Shown here piece by piece: positions 10,301 through 17,429 of a stretch of DNA of 64,000 bases. The DNA is taken from NCBI GenBank assembly GCA_038998625.1, contig JAWADS010000001.1, positions 30,110 through 94,109 of the forward strand, in the 5' to 3' direction. Position 1 is the stretch's first letter. Each line of letters begins with the position of its first letter. A model generated the notes under the pieces. It did no database searches and had not been told where the DNA came from. It saw only the letters and a list, made by a program, of their open reading frames with translations. This DNA comes from Candidatus Aenigmatarchaeota archaeon (lineage in GTDB: Archaea > Aenigmatarchaeota > Aenigmatarchaeia > CG10238-14 > SCSR01). The translations under genes and the position numbers were made by a program.

Positions 10301-11794
10301 CAAAATTATATAGATTCAAAGATTGGTAATAAAAATAATGAAATCCTTAAGGGAATACAAAAAATCATAGAACTTCACGGCACAGGTCCTAAAGGAAACT
10401 ATGTAGACATAATCGATGGTACGGAATATGTGTGGTTTATGGAAGAAGGTAAGTTTGAAGTTAAGTATACAAATGAAGCCGGGAATAAAGTTACAATAAC
10501 CTATAGAATAACTGATGCGGGTATTGTACCTACTGAATATAAGGAAGAAGGTAAAGTGGGCTTTGATGCTCTCGGTTGCTTAACACGTCCCTTAGGTTTA
10601 GGTGGGAATTGTTGTTTAAATCTAGCTGGGTGTGATGTAGGAATAATAGAAGAAAGGAAGATTAGTTTCTCTGATTTACAACATGAGGCTTTCAATAGGG
10701 CCGATGATTTAATTGTTGATAGAGTAGAAGGAGATTTAAATAGATTGACTGCCTTTACAAAACCCGATGAAATTCTTAATGAAGCTCAAAGAATAGCCGA
10801 TAAACTAAATTCAGATCCAAATTTTGTTCAATATTATGGTAGGCCCATCACAGCTTCAGAAGTTATTGAACTTGCAAAACCAAAAATTAAAAAAGATGCT
10901 GAAACAGAATGCCTACAAGCATTTGCTGGAGATATTTATGGTTTCTCTTCACAAGAAGCTTATGATAAATGCGTTGAAGATACATATAAGAAAAAAGTTC
11001 AGGCATTCGAAGAAAGTCATAATCAGATAGGATTTAAAGATTGTTCACAAGCTGGTGGAACATGTATGCCACCTATACATGCTGTGGAACGTGGTTGCGA
11101 GAGGTTTTACTTTTATTGCGATAGTTCACGAATGTGTTGCAAATCCCAAGTAAGTACACCGCAAGAGCCTAAAGGTCAAGAGACAATCAATACTTACGAG
11201 GCATGTGAAGGCTTACGTAACCAGGGACTAGATTCAGGTTGCTATCTTGGCAAATGCGGTCAAGGTTACATTTCAGCAGGCTATTGCGATAAGGCAAATG
11301 ACGTTTATTGTTGTGTTAAGGCAGAAGGGACTGGCCAAATCAACACTTACGAGGCATGTGAAGGCTTACGTAATCAAGGACTAGATTCAGGTTGCCATCT
11401 TGAAAAATGTATTCAAGGTTACACTTCAGTAGGTTATTGTGATCAGGCAAATAGCGTTCATTGTTGTGTTAAAACAGAAGATTGTACTTCAAAGGAATTG
11501 AAAAAAGAATGTATTAGTGATAAAAAACTAAGGATTACTGGTTATGTTTGTCCTTCTGGCTATGGTAGTGATATAAATTGTCTGAAATGTGTGGAGGGTT
11601 CTGCGGAGATAGAATGTAAAATGGGATGCAGCACCAAAACTAACAACTGTGTTGAAGAAAATTTTGTACCCATAGGAAATTATATTTGCCCAAAAGACGC
11701 TTGCAGTAAAAGCGGTGAATTTTGGACTTGTGATTTGGGTAGATGTGAGGCTCTACAAGGCAGCAGTGCACCTACTGCACCTACAAGTGAATAA
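4388..11794 (+). CDS. Giant (2468 aa) secreted multidomain protein with hydrophobic hairpin and Cys-rich C-terminus
   Basis: N-terminal signal peptide; Gly/Ala-rich hydrophobic helices at ~9815-10080; six-Cys modules near the C-terminus. Confidence 0.85.
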   Translation: MKKSISIFLIITYLLSIIKVPIAVTQSTDNFSDEDVKKILSKGAIFCVKDAVEVSKDVYKVVCLISPKNLTKVKFEFGPAFSFGRMEFLGYEATDKIEFVSKFKNFLEFEVFPTSRVGFTINIKANFRPNFKVTSTLPAYYFNDLKELFDAIDSIHSIEALEVLKSSCEVAFEKECVLEHFITNSSAPAKYINLTSDELSKLVALGEFSKKIDGADVKFVLSFENNEVKVYDKENYVGNFYLHSAFVPVKAPSLPETNLTSLETIKEVTLFFLNYELKINGTDVYITEYEDLDLLADEIFSGKLFPITGSFIATEIFNKIKEELLIKQSKQRDLAEKIHTFEKFATDYNVNIFKRIMIAILNEINNNIELGEIEEASQRITKLKNAVGEFSKNAVGEFKDYFQDLEKELTKIEETIKTDFKSALDYVRNLKEKITSETINDFLQVAKSKGVDISKKFTEKDGRRAPKVVNVVRTSVTELPPSIKDKITSPIFVPKGQPDLKDMKKFFKELAFRDYIDQGIYLFWGDYSKVPREYLQVYVSVAKEDYQKALKFIQFELKRNNIPHLMVKPELYDEVKNGKYVIILLRNNDDLRVVRTIEDILYNLNIRPGPKPLIKGISLDKYIISKYTFGAWENNFGGEKKIKPILAYNSDTGKLETISPETPLLPKVVTQSDLLNKNFKEGDVIAYFAPHGDARIYLMGEIKSFDASKKRVLVSNIFGSEFEIPINWVSNTPNIHIFYDKHKQIEIRQLSEKLWRNSLSKNLASKLSISDVELLLKNGFYLKGDLVYYLSEDKRIYSLPLDDFLKSPSIEDIFWDTYKNHLIVIPNSLSEKYPARLKGLAITKSVYNDITSWINNIQPGQQKGLVAFLTMNEKGVIDKVWLKGITDPVYEGVTLGSIQDFHKYILAKYLNPLEFGLHGKLLAYFVPEGFLPDLTLGQLLASFEYDKKDVFHLLLISRELGEVKFNFYRIDFSKLSKDDIQWLKYIANEYRRRTGTELALSTISEQLEAHPDLKAYFEKHSNFHKIGTQNIEMVHKIDETKAFKIALLNGEQAIGGLERSLKNLKKMIFFGNELDLQTGFTYRYSFRYASNIYTEIRRRVDLWDSILDNLLKSGEISQEIYNSYKNIINKVYEIGLTIEPGKPIKDTLKKIDEALKSIKNEKKTLFKLLSYQSKKLSIEPNTGFSEVAKNIEPTKLPENIEESIENSAIAKVAKEEAEKGIKEIPSQEEILQKIEREQERLISETPRTSFEPTAQKIGKVDELTSKIDNYILSSKIADSLTTENIRKLLDGKVVFVDDNYLLVLSPKGQLTLVHFPDKTFLYSSDGTKAVIKMRSTPYLTPDDLDELIKKNIPMVYPKYKLPDEVLVIGIVDGRPVEKLYDLREFKKFVENEGTPSAKISREFREKFNSYLDSIRGTEEEVVKALDKFFNMKGLPEKSDLTIAAGPAVKVKPKLLNIDEDYLQFRLGISIINAETAQNVLSPIYAIRDDLETNFKLMGIKTPDDIADGMTIKIKGRDYVLRKLPNNQISIELAVFREGDPSLLEFQKVGTFYLVDGEVKDAYSWNRAVASTFKDVKASQDLRDGRYILNTNNYKIEKMDYGSVVFENNRPAIFSIVGANRETMYVPISIDRSQFLQKTFSEIGTAGIGKEYAFGSDNGDVYRFTKRHWEPDLKWEMEVNGKPAGFLTDEGLKTKIRELVGSGYNPLIPAYRFSPIDVEKEIRGLSEPYYSKTFSNGQEAFRLRNVDGRIILETGGMQPRTITVEEARSLLATSKRVEILSTDGANLISQTSFWKQISRPVGILTKDFYPLVGPADFIAFGAIAAFSLYSITENREEMNRRIVYNTVENFAVEPLLVTTIARGLGLRAAFSGARAAVAGVGGAITLGILTAVVAAEMVAEDTIEEYLRGNRLNDMGIPIPNDLGSALGRVFGGYWDFLINSNSEQTLESSSMFNTVATSIYKDLSNQALKNFQNYIDSKIGNKNNEILKGIQKIIELHGTGPKGNYVDIIDGTEYVWFMEEGKFEVKYTNEAGNKVTITYRITDAGIVPTEYKEEGKVGFDALGCLTRPLGLGGNCCLNLAGCDVGIIEERKISFSDLQHEAFNRADDLIVDRVEGDLNRLTAFTKPDEILNEAQRIADKLNSDPNFVQYYGRPITASEVIELAKPKIKKDAETECLQAFAGDIYGFSSQEAYDKCVEDTYKKKVQAFEESHNQIGFKDCSQAGGTCMPPIHAVERGCERFYFYCDSSRMCCKSQVSTPQEPKGQETINTYEACEGLRNQGLDSGCYLGKCGQGYISAGYCDKANDVYCCVKAEGTGQINTYEACEGLRNQGLDSGCHLEKCIQGYTSVGYCDQANSVHCCVKTEDCTSKELKKECISDKKLRITGYVCPSGYGSDINCLKCVEGSAEIECKMGCSTKTNNCVEENFVPIGNYICPKDACSKSGEFWTCDLGRCEALQGSSAPTAPTSE
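11186..11473 (+). repeat. Intragenic tandem duplication, 153-nt (51-aa) period
   Basis: INTYEACEGLRNQGLDSGC...CCVK occurs twice, at 11186 and 11339. Confidence 0.9.
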
Positions 11795-11826
11795 AGCTGT
11801 TAAATCTTTAATTACTAATATTATTT

Positions 11827-12681
11827 ATGGAAAAAGGTCAAGCAGGTTTAATAATTATTGCCGTAGTTGTTGTATTGGCCATAATAATTTTTATGTTTTC
11901 TTCATCTGGCCCTACCACAACCTTTCCTACTGGTGGTATAGGTGGTAAAGGAAGTGCTTTGAATATAGAGCAATTAAGGTTTAAACCTGAAGTCTTTTCA
12001 GGAGAAAGTATTGTTATCGAAGTAAAAATAAAGAATAGGGGTATATATGATGCTAAAAATGTTGTATTAAATCTTTTAGGCCTAACCGATGAATGGAAAA
12101 TAGATGGCGAACCATTAACATCAAATCATCCTAAAAGAACAGTGAGTTTTCCAACGCTTCTAGGAGATCCAAAGCTAAATGGTGAAGAACAAATAGCTAT
12201 TTGGCAATTAACAGTTCCAAATAAAGTAACTACCCTTACATATCCATTCACCATAAAACTTAATTATGATTATAAAAGTAGATACGAGGCATTGGTTAGA
12301 ACAGTTTCCCCAACTTTTAGAGAAAAGGGAAGGCTTCTAGATCAAAAGATTACTCCTGGACCCATAGTGGTTAGTCTCAAATCAGATGAGTGGCGCGTCA
12401 TCGGAACTTTTACAAGTGTTGAATTAACTATTACTAATTCTGGAGGCGGAGAGGTAGTGGACAGAGTTATTACTTTAAAAAACCTTAAAAATATAGAATG
12501 TCCGCAAACTACATTAACTTTTAGCACAAAAGATTCACAAATAGAAAAAGAAATAACAACAACATGTAAAATTCTTACAGGTTCGGTCCAAGAATTTAAT
12601 GATATTGAAGTAAGTTTTGATTTAGAATATAGATATTCAATAAAACAAGATAAAAGCATAAAAGTTAAACCTTTAGCTTAA
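11827..12681 (+). CDS. Pilin-like/class III signal protein with beta-rich (Ig/CARDB-like) domains
   Basis: MEKG-QAGLIIIAVVVVLAIIIF; IKNRG...AKNV motif. Confidence 0.7.
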   Translation: MEKGQAGLIIIAVVVVLAIIIFMFSSSGPTTTFPTGGIGGKGSALNIEQLRFKPEVFSGESIVIEVKIKNRGIYDAKNVVLNLLGLTDEWKIDGEPLTSNHPKRTVSFPTLLGDPKLNGEEQIAIWQLTVPNKVTTLTYPFTIKLNYDYKSRYEALVRTVSPTFREKGRLLDQKITPGPIVVSLKSDEWRVIGTFTSVELTITNSGGGEVVDRVITLKNLKNIECPQTTLTFSTKDSQIEKEITTTCKILTGSVQEFNDIEVSFDLEYRYSIKQDKSIKVKPLA

Positions 12682-12788
12682 GATACAAATCTTTTTAAAT
12701 CTTACTAAACTATTTTACAATAATTCATCTATTCATCTTAAGCTACATCTATTCAAAACAATAAAAATAAGCAGGAGGTGTAACAAAA

Positions 12789-13070
12789 ATGGCAGAAATG
12801 CAACAAGACAATGTTATTCTAATCGGTAGAAAAAGCCCCATGAGTTATGTACTAGCTGTAATAACTCAATTCACTAATGGTGCTTCTGAAGTTTTAATAA
12901 AAGCTAGAGGGCGAGCCATATCAAGGGCTGTTGATGTAGCTGAGATTGTAAGAAGAAGATTCTTACAAGATGTAAAAGTTAGTGACATAAAAATTGATAC
13001 AGAAGAAAGGGAAGTTCCTGATAGGGGGAAGCTAAACGTATCAACAATTACAATAAAGTTAAGTAAGTGA
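12789..13070 (+). CDS. albA: DNA/RNA-binding protein Alba
   Basis: [15 protein letters not shown]...[29 protein letters not shown] upstream. Confidence 0.97.
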   Translation: MAEMQQDNVILIGRKSPMSYVLAVITQFTNGASEVLIKARGRAISRAVDVAEIVRRRFLQDVKVSDIKIDTEEREVPDRGKLNVSTITIKLSK

Positions 13071-13106
13071 TATTTTCTTCTTCCCCCTTTCTTTATTTTA
13101 TTAGAG

Positions 13107-14651
13107 TTATCTATCTAAAATGAAAGTTTTTTTGTGGAGAGGCTCTTCTCTAACCACGTGAATTAATATTTCCCTTCTTTCCCCCACACCAAAGCAGTGC
13201 TCTTCCTCTAAAATTTTTCTTACTCTTTCCAATTTTCTACTTTTCTCTGAAAATACAGTAAAAATTATATCACCCTTTTTCACAAAATCACCAACTTTTT
13301 TTCTTAATAAAATTCCAGATCCTTTATCTTTTGGTGCTCCTGCAGCTCTAGCAACTTCAACTAAAGCATTGTTATCTAACCAAAGGACAAAACCATTTCT
13401 ATCTGTTCTCATATCAAGCCCATAGCTACCTATTTCAATATCCTCAGGCCTTATGTGACTATCGCCACCTTGCCAAGAAATAATTTCCCTCAGCTTTTTT
13501 TCAGCCTCACCTGATTTTAAAATTTCTAGGGCAGTTCTTCTATCTCCTTTGTTAGTCATTTTTAACAAAATTCCAGCCAAATCAACAGCTTTATCAATTA
13601 CATCAGGAACATTTTTTCTTCTCATTAAAATTTCCAATGCTTCTCTCGCTTCTAAAGCTGGCCCTATGGCATAGCCCAAAGGTTCTTCTCCATATGTTAC
13701 AGCACATTCTGTTTTTATTCCAAGTCTTTTCCCCAATTCAATAAAATCTTTAGCTAAAAGATTAGCATCTCCAATAGTTTTAACTTTCGATCCCCTTCCA
13801 GTAGGTATATCTATAACTAAAAAATTTGATCCCACAGCCTTTTTTTTACTCATGATGGAAGGAAGCAAAAGTGGATCTATAGATAAAGGATGTTCAATTT
13901 GAATGAAAATATCATCAGCAGGCGCCAAATGTAATGCGCCACCCCATACTATACAACCATTGCATTTATTAACAACATTTCTCATTTCTTCTATCTCCAA
14001 TTCTACATTCATTAAAACACTAGCTCTATCTGCAGTTCCAGCCGCACTTGTTATGGCTCGAGAAGAAGTTTTTGGTATGGTTAAGCCAGCAGCAGCTATT
14101 ATGGGAACAAGTAATAAGGTTGTCTTATCTCCTGGTAATCCTCCCACAGAATGTTTATCAACTATAGAATTTTTTGTTTCAAGTTCAAGTTTTTTTCCAG
14201 TTTCTATCATTGCCAAGGTTAAGTTAATGGTTTCGTCTAAACTCAAACCAAAATCATTCAAAGCAGTAACGAAGGATGCAATCTCTAACTCGCTTAAATT
14301 ACCCTCCACAACATCTCTAACAATTTGAAATATTTCCTCTCGAGATAATGTTCTTCCTTTAAGTTTATTTTTTATGTATTGCAAAGATTTAGGGAATTTT
14401 GCTGGTTCAACTTCTACTTCTTCATTTTCTCTTACTTCTAGAACACTTTGAACTTCTTCATAAATTCCAATAAAATTTTTTGGAACAACTCTTTTAGCAA
14501 TATTTACTATTGCCGTAATGGTTTTTTTCTTAGTTTGTATTTTTATTCTACTCCCACTTCTTATTCCTAATTCTTCTGCATCTTCAAAGTTAATGATTGC
14601 GATAGGTTTGCCCCCAGACTCTAAGCCGAGAATTTTTATTTTTAGCTTCAT
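13107..14651 (-). CDS. deoA: AMP phosphorylase (thymidine phosphorylase family)
   Basis: DKHSVGGLPGDKTT and KTSSRAITSAAGTAD motifs; N-terminal double-psi barrel. Confidence 0.95.
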   Translation of the reverse strand: MKLKIKILGLESGGKPIAIINFEDAEELGIRSGSRIKIQTKKKTITAIVNIAKRVVPKNFIGIYEEVQSVLEVRENEEVEVEPAKFPKSLQYIKNKLKGRTLSREEIFQIVRDVVEGNLSELEIASFVTALNDFGLSLDETINLTLAMIETGKKLELETKNSIVDKHSVGGLPGDKTTLLLVPIIAAAGLTIPKTSSRAITSAAGTADRASVLMNVELEIEEMRNVVNKCNGCIVWGGALHLAPADDIFIQIEHPLSIDPLLLPSIMSKKKAVGSNFLVIDIPTGRGSKVKTIGDANLLAKDFIELGKRLGIKTECAVTYGEEPLGYAIGPALEAREALEILMRRKNVPDVIDKAVDLAGILLKMTNKGDRRTALEILKSGEAEKKLREIISWQGGDSHIRPEDIEIGSYGLDMRTDRNGFVLWLDNNALVEVARAAGAPKDKGSGILLRKKVGDFVKKGDIIFTVFSEKSRKLERVRKILEEEHCFGVGERREILIHVVREEPLHKKTFILDR

Positions 14652-14654
14652 CCT

Positions 14655-14930
14655 TCATCTCACCACACAAGATTTCTTTATATCATCATAACTACACTGC
14701 ATATTCGGTTTTGGAGATAAAACTTGAGGACAAACAACAAAAACTTTATCGCAATCCATTTTTTGCGAATAATTTCTTAAATCAACACACTCCCAATAAG
14801 CTCCTGCCGTTTCTGGGCAACAGTTTGTTATAACCCATTCACATCTTGGCATTTCTTTAAGACCTTTCAAATACATATTTATTAAAATTCCTATAACAGC
14901 TAAAATAAAAATTATTGTTATAAACTTCAT
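14655..14930 (-). CDS. Small Cys-rich membrane-anchored protein
   Basis: N-terminal TM helix and 8 Cys; coupled by an ATGA overlap. Confidence 0.65.
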   Translation of the reverse strand: MKFITIIFILAVIGILINMYLKGLKEMPRCEWVITNCCPETAGAYWECVDLRNYSQKMDCDKVFVVCPQVLSPKPNMQCSYDDIKKSCVVR

Positions 14931-15778
14931 CCCTCTCCCTTAATCATTTTAATAATTTGTTCTGGTGTTTTAATTCCTTCGTCTGTTATTATTCTTGTTA
15001 CAAACTTCCAAGGCACAATATCAAAAGCAGGATTTCTAATTTTAACTCCAGTTAATTTTCCAGGATGCAAAAGTCTATGATAAACTTCTTCTGGTGGCCT
15101 TTCTTCTATTACTAGTTTTTCCCTTCTGTCAAGCTTTAATTTATTTCCCACCACATAAAATTTTTTTCCAAAATTTTTAGCAGCTAGAGCTAAATTTAGC
15201 GTCCCAATCTTATTCACAAAACCTTCTTTCCTCATAGCATCTGTGCCCACAATAACCATGTCAACTTCTTTCATGAAAAAACCTACTGCATTATCTGTTA
15301 TCAAAGTTATAGGAATTTTTTCCCTTGCCATTTCTTTTACTGTTTTAATACCTTGTTGTAAAGGTTCTGTTTCTGTTGCTATGACTGAAATTTTTTTCCC
15401 TATTTTGTTGGCGTATTTTATTACCGCTAAAGCTTCCCCCGAATGGCAATGGGTCATGATTTTTGCTTCCCTTGGAATTACTTTTTGACCAATTTTTTCA
15501 ATTTTTTTTGTTGAATTTTCCAGTTGTTTTATTAGTTTGTCTATTGTTGACATTTTTTTATTTTTTTTAATAATTTCCAGGCAGTTGTGCAAAACTACAG
15601 CCGTTGGGCGGGCCCTTTCTAAAATCATAGCTGCAACTTCAAACTTTAATCCAAATCCATTTTTCTTACAGAAATCTTTCAAAAATTTTAATGAATATAA
15701 AGCAATTTCCCTAGCCCCTTGAATTTTTAATTTTTTCAAATTTTTCTCTACTGTTTCTAAATTTTTCATATATTCCAA
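14927..15778 (-). CDS. Ribose-1,5-bisphosphate isomerase (eIF-2B-like family)
   Basis: IQGA, RPT, MTHCHS, ETEP, NKIGT and NPAFD motifs; next to AMP phosphorylase. Confidence 0.9.
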   Translation of the reverse strand: MEYMKNLETVEKNLKKLKIQGAREIALYSLKFLKDFCKKNGFGLKFEVAAMILERARPTAVVLHNCLEIIKKNKKMSTIDKLIKQLENSTKKIEKIGQKVIPREAKIMTHCHSGEALAVIKYANKIGKKISVIATETEPLQQGIKTVKEMAREKIPITLITDNAVGFFMKEVDMVIVGTDAMRKEGFVNKIGTLNLALAAKNFGKKFYVVGNKLKLDRREKLVIEERPPEEVYHRLLHPGKLTGVKIRNPAFDIVPWKFVTRIITDEGIKTPEQIIKMIKGEG

Positions 15779-15808
15779 TTATTTTTACAGAAAATTAAAC
15801 ATAAGCCA

Positions 15809-16441
15809 TTATTTCAAATATTTCAAGAACCAATCCTTTGCTAACTTTGCTACTTCTTCCAAGGCTCCAGGCTCTTCAAATAAATGAGTGGCTTTTGGTA
15901 CTATAACTAATTTCTTTTCAGCTTTAATTTTATCATAAGCTTCTTTATTGAGTTCTATAACCGCCTCATCATATTCACCCACAATTAAAAGGACGGGCGC
16001 TTTAACCTTTGGTAAATAGTTTTTTGCAAGATCTGGTCTACCACCACGCGAAACTATTGCAAAAACAGAAGGAATTTTTGTAGAAGCTTGTAATGCAGCA
16101 GCCGCCCCAGTACTAGCGCCAAAATAACCAATTCTTAAGTTTTTAGTTTCTGGATTTGTTAGAACCCATTTAGTAGCAGCAATAAGACGCTCAGCTAATA
16201 AATCTATATTAAATCTATTTTCGTATAAAGCATCTTCCTCTTTCGTTAGCAAATCAAAAAGAAGAGTTCCAATATCGGCTTCTTGTAAAACTCTTGCTAC
16301 AAAAGTGTTTCTTGGGCTGAACCTATCACTTCCACTTCCATGGGCAAATAGCACTATACTTTTTGCTTTTGCTGGTAAATTTAATATACCTTCCAGCTTA
16401 ATATCGTCAGTGAAAATTTTTATTGTTTTATCAATTCCCAT
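15809..16441 (-). CDS. Dienelactone hydrolase-like alpha/beta hydrolase
   Basis: AHGSGS.R.SPRN, GASTGAAAA, SRGGRPDLA, HLFEEPG. Confidence 0.9.
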   Translation of the reverse strand: MGIDKTIKIFTDDIKLEGILNLPAKAKSIVLFAHGSGSDRFSPRNTFVARVLQEADIGTLLFDLLTKEEDALYENRFNIDLLAERLIAATKWVLTNPETKNLRIGYFGASTGAAAALQASTKIPSVFAIVSRGGRPDLAKNYLPKVKAPVLLIVGEYDEAVIELNKEAYDKIKAEKKLVIVPKATHLFEEPGALEEVAKLAKDWFLKYLK

Positions 16442-17066
16442 AATATTTTTTAAGTATATTAATTACTTCTTCATCTTCAACCTGTCTGAAATCGACATAA
16501 AACTCTCCTATAGCCCCCATAAAGATTGGTTTTTCAACAACAATAACTTCATCAACAATTTTTTCTAATTCGTTAACTGTATCTCTGGGAGCTACAGGAA
16601 CTGCAACAATTATCTTTTTTGGATTTTGTTTTTTTAGAAATTGGATTGCTGCTTTCATTGTAGCTCCTGTTGCAATACCATCATCAACTAATATCAAAGT
16701 TTTATTTTTAAAAGAAGGATATTTTTTTCTTTTTCTATATTTTTTTAATCTCCTTTCAATTTCTTGCAATTCTTTTTTCATTTCTTTTTTTATGTAATTT
16801 TCGCTTACTCCTAAATCTTTAACTAAATTCTCATCTATATACAAACTACCATCCTGAGCAACAGCTCCTATAGCCAGTTCAGGGTTACCAGGAGCACCAA
16901 TTTTCCTTGGAACTATTATATCTAAATTTGCATTAAGATTTTTAGCAATTTCATCAGCAACAACAACTCCTCCTCTAGGAATAGCTAATATAATTGGGTT
17001 TTCATTCTTGAATTTTGTTAAGATTTCTGCTAGCCTTTTACCAGCTTCTGTTCTATCTCTAAACAT
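16431..17066 (-). CDS. Type I phosphoribosyltransferase
   Basis: FRDRTEAG, IPRGGV and the PRPP loop ILVDDGIATGAT. Confidence 0.92.
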   Translation of the reverse strand: MFRDRTEAGKRLAEILTKFKNENPIILAIPRGGVVVADEIAKNLNANLDIIVPRKIGAPGNPELAIGAVAQDGSLYIDENLVKDLGVSENYIKKEMKKELQEIERRLKKYRKRKKYPSFKNKTLILVDDGIATGATMKAAIQFLKKQNPKKIIVAVPVAPRDTVNELEKIVDEVIVVEKPIFMGAIGEFYVDFRQVEDEEVINILKKYYGN

Positions 17067-17126
17067 TCTAATTAGAAGTTAAAATTAACTATTTAAATCA
17101 AAATCTTTTCTGAAATTTCAAATTAA

Positions 17127-17246
17127 TGGGGTCGGAGGGATTCGAACCCTCGTTAACCGGTTGCTTCTTACTTCTCATAGCTCCATATACTGGAGCCGGT
17201 TTTCTAATCATGGAAGATGTCTTAGACCTAGCTAGACCACGACCCC
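17127..17246 (-). tRNA. tRNA-Trp(CCA) with two introns (~25/26: 17202-17218; 37/38: 17162-17189)
   Basis: GGGGTCG/CGACCCC acceptor stem, ACCGG/CCGGT anticodon stem, TTCGAAT T-loop; 75 nt after intron removal. Confidence 0.92.
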
Positions 17247-17347
17247 AGCCACCAGTGGGATTCGAACCCACAACCCCCTGATAACTTTCTGTCATTTTTC
17301 CAGTTATCAGGTACAAGTCAGGTGCTCTACCGTTGAGCTATGGTGGC
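17247..17347 (-). tRNA. tRNA-Thr(TGT) with 29-nt intron at 37/38 (17283-17311)
   Basis: GCCACCA/TGGTGGC acceptor stem, CCTGA/TCAGG anticodon stem, U73 discriminator. Confidence 0.92.
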
Positions 17348-17429
17348 ATAAAATAAATATATTTTTTCAAATATAGAAAATTTATAAAATAAAAGTTTTT
17401 TGTTTTATGAATTTTTTAGGTAAAATAAT

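Noticed and set aside
11186..11473. Diversity-generating retroelement TR/VR pair
   Set aside because: Both copies are in frame in one gene, mismatches are not adenine-specific, and no reverse transcriptase is in the window.
17307..17310. CTGA at the start of the Thr intron as box D
   Set aside because: It is part of the segment antisense to the anticodon stem, and N+5 in the circular form would give U33. The TGGA/ATGACAG pair fits better.
17098..17316. 72-aa ORF on the minus strand
   Set aside because: Overlaps tRNA-Thr and tRNA-Trp; shadow ORF.
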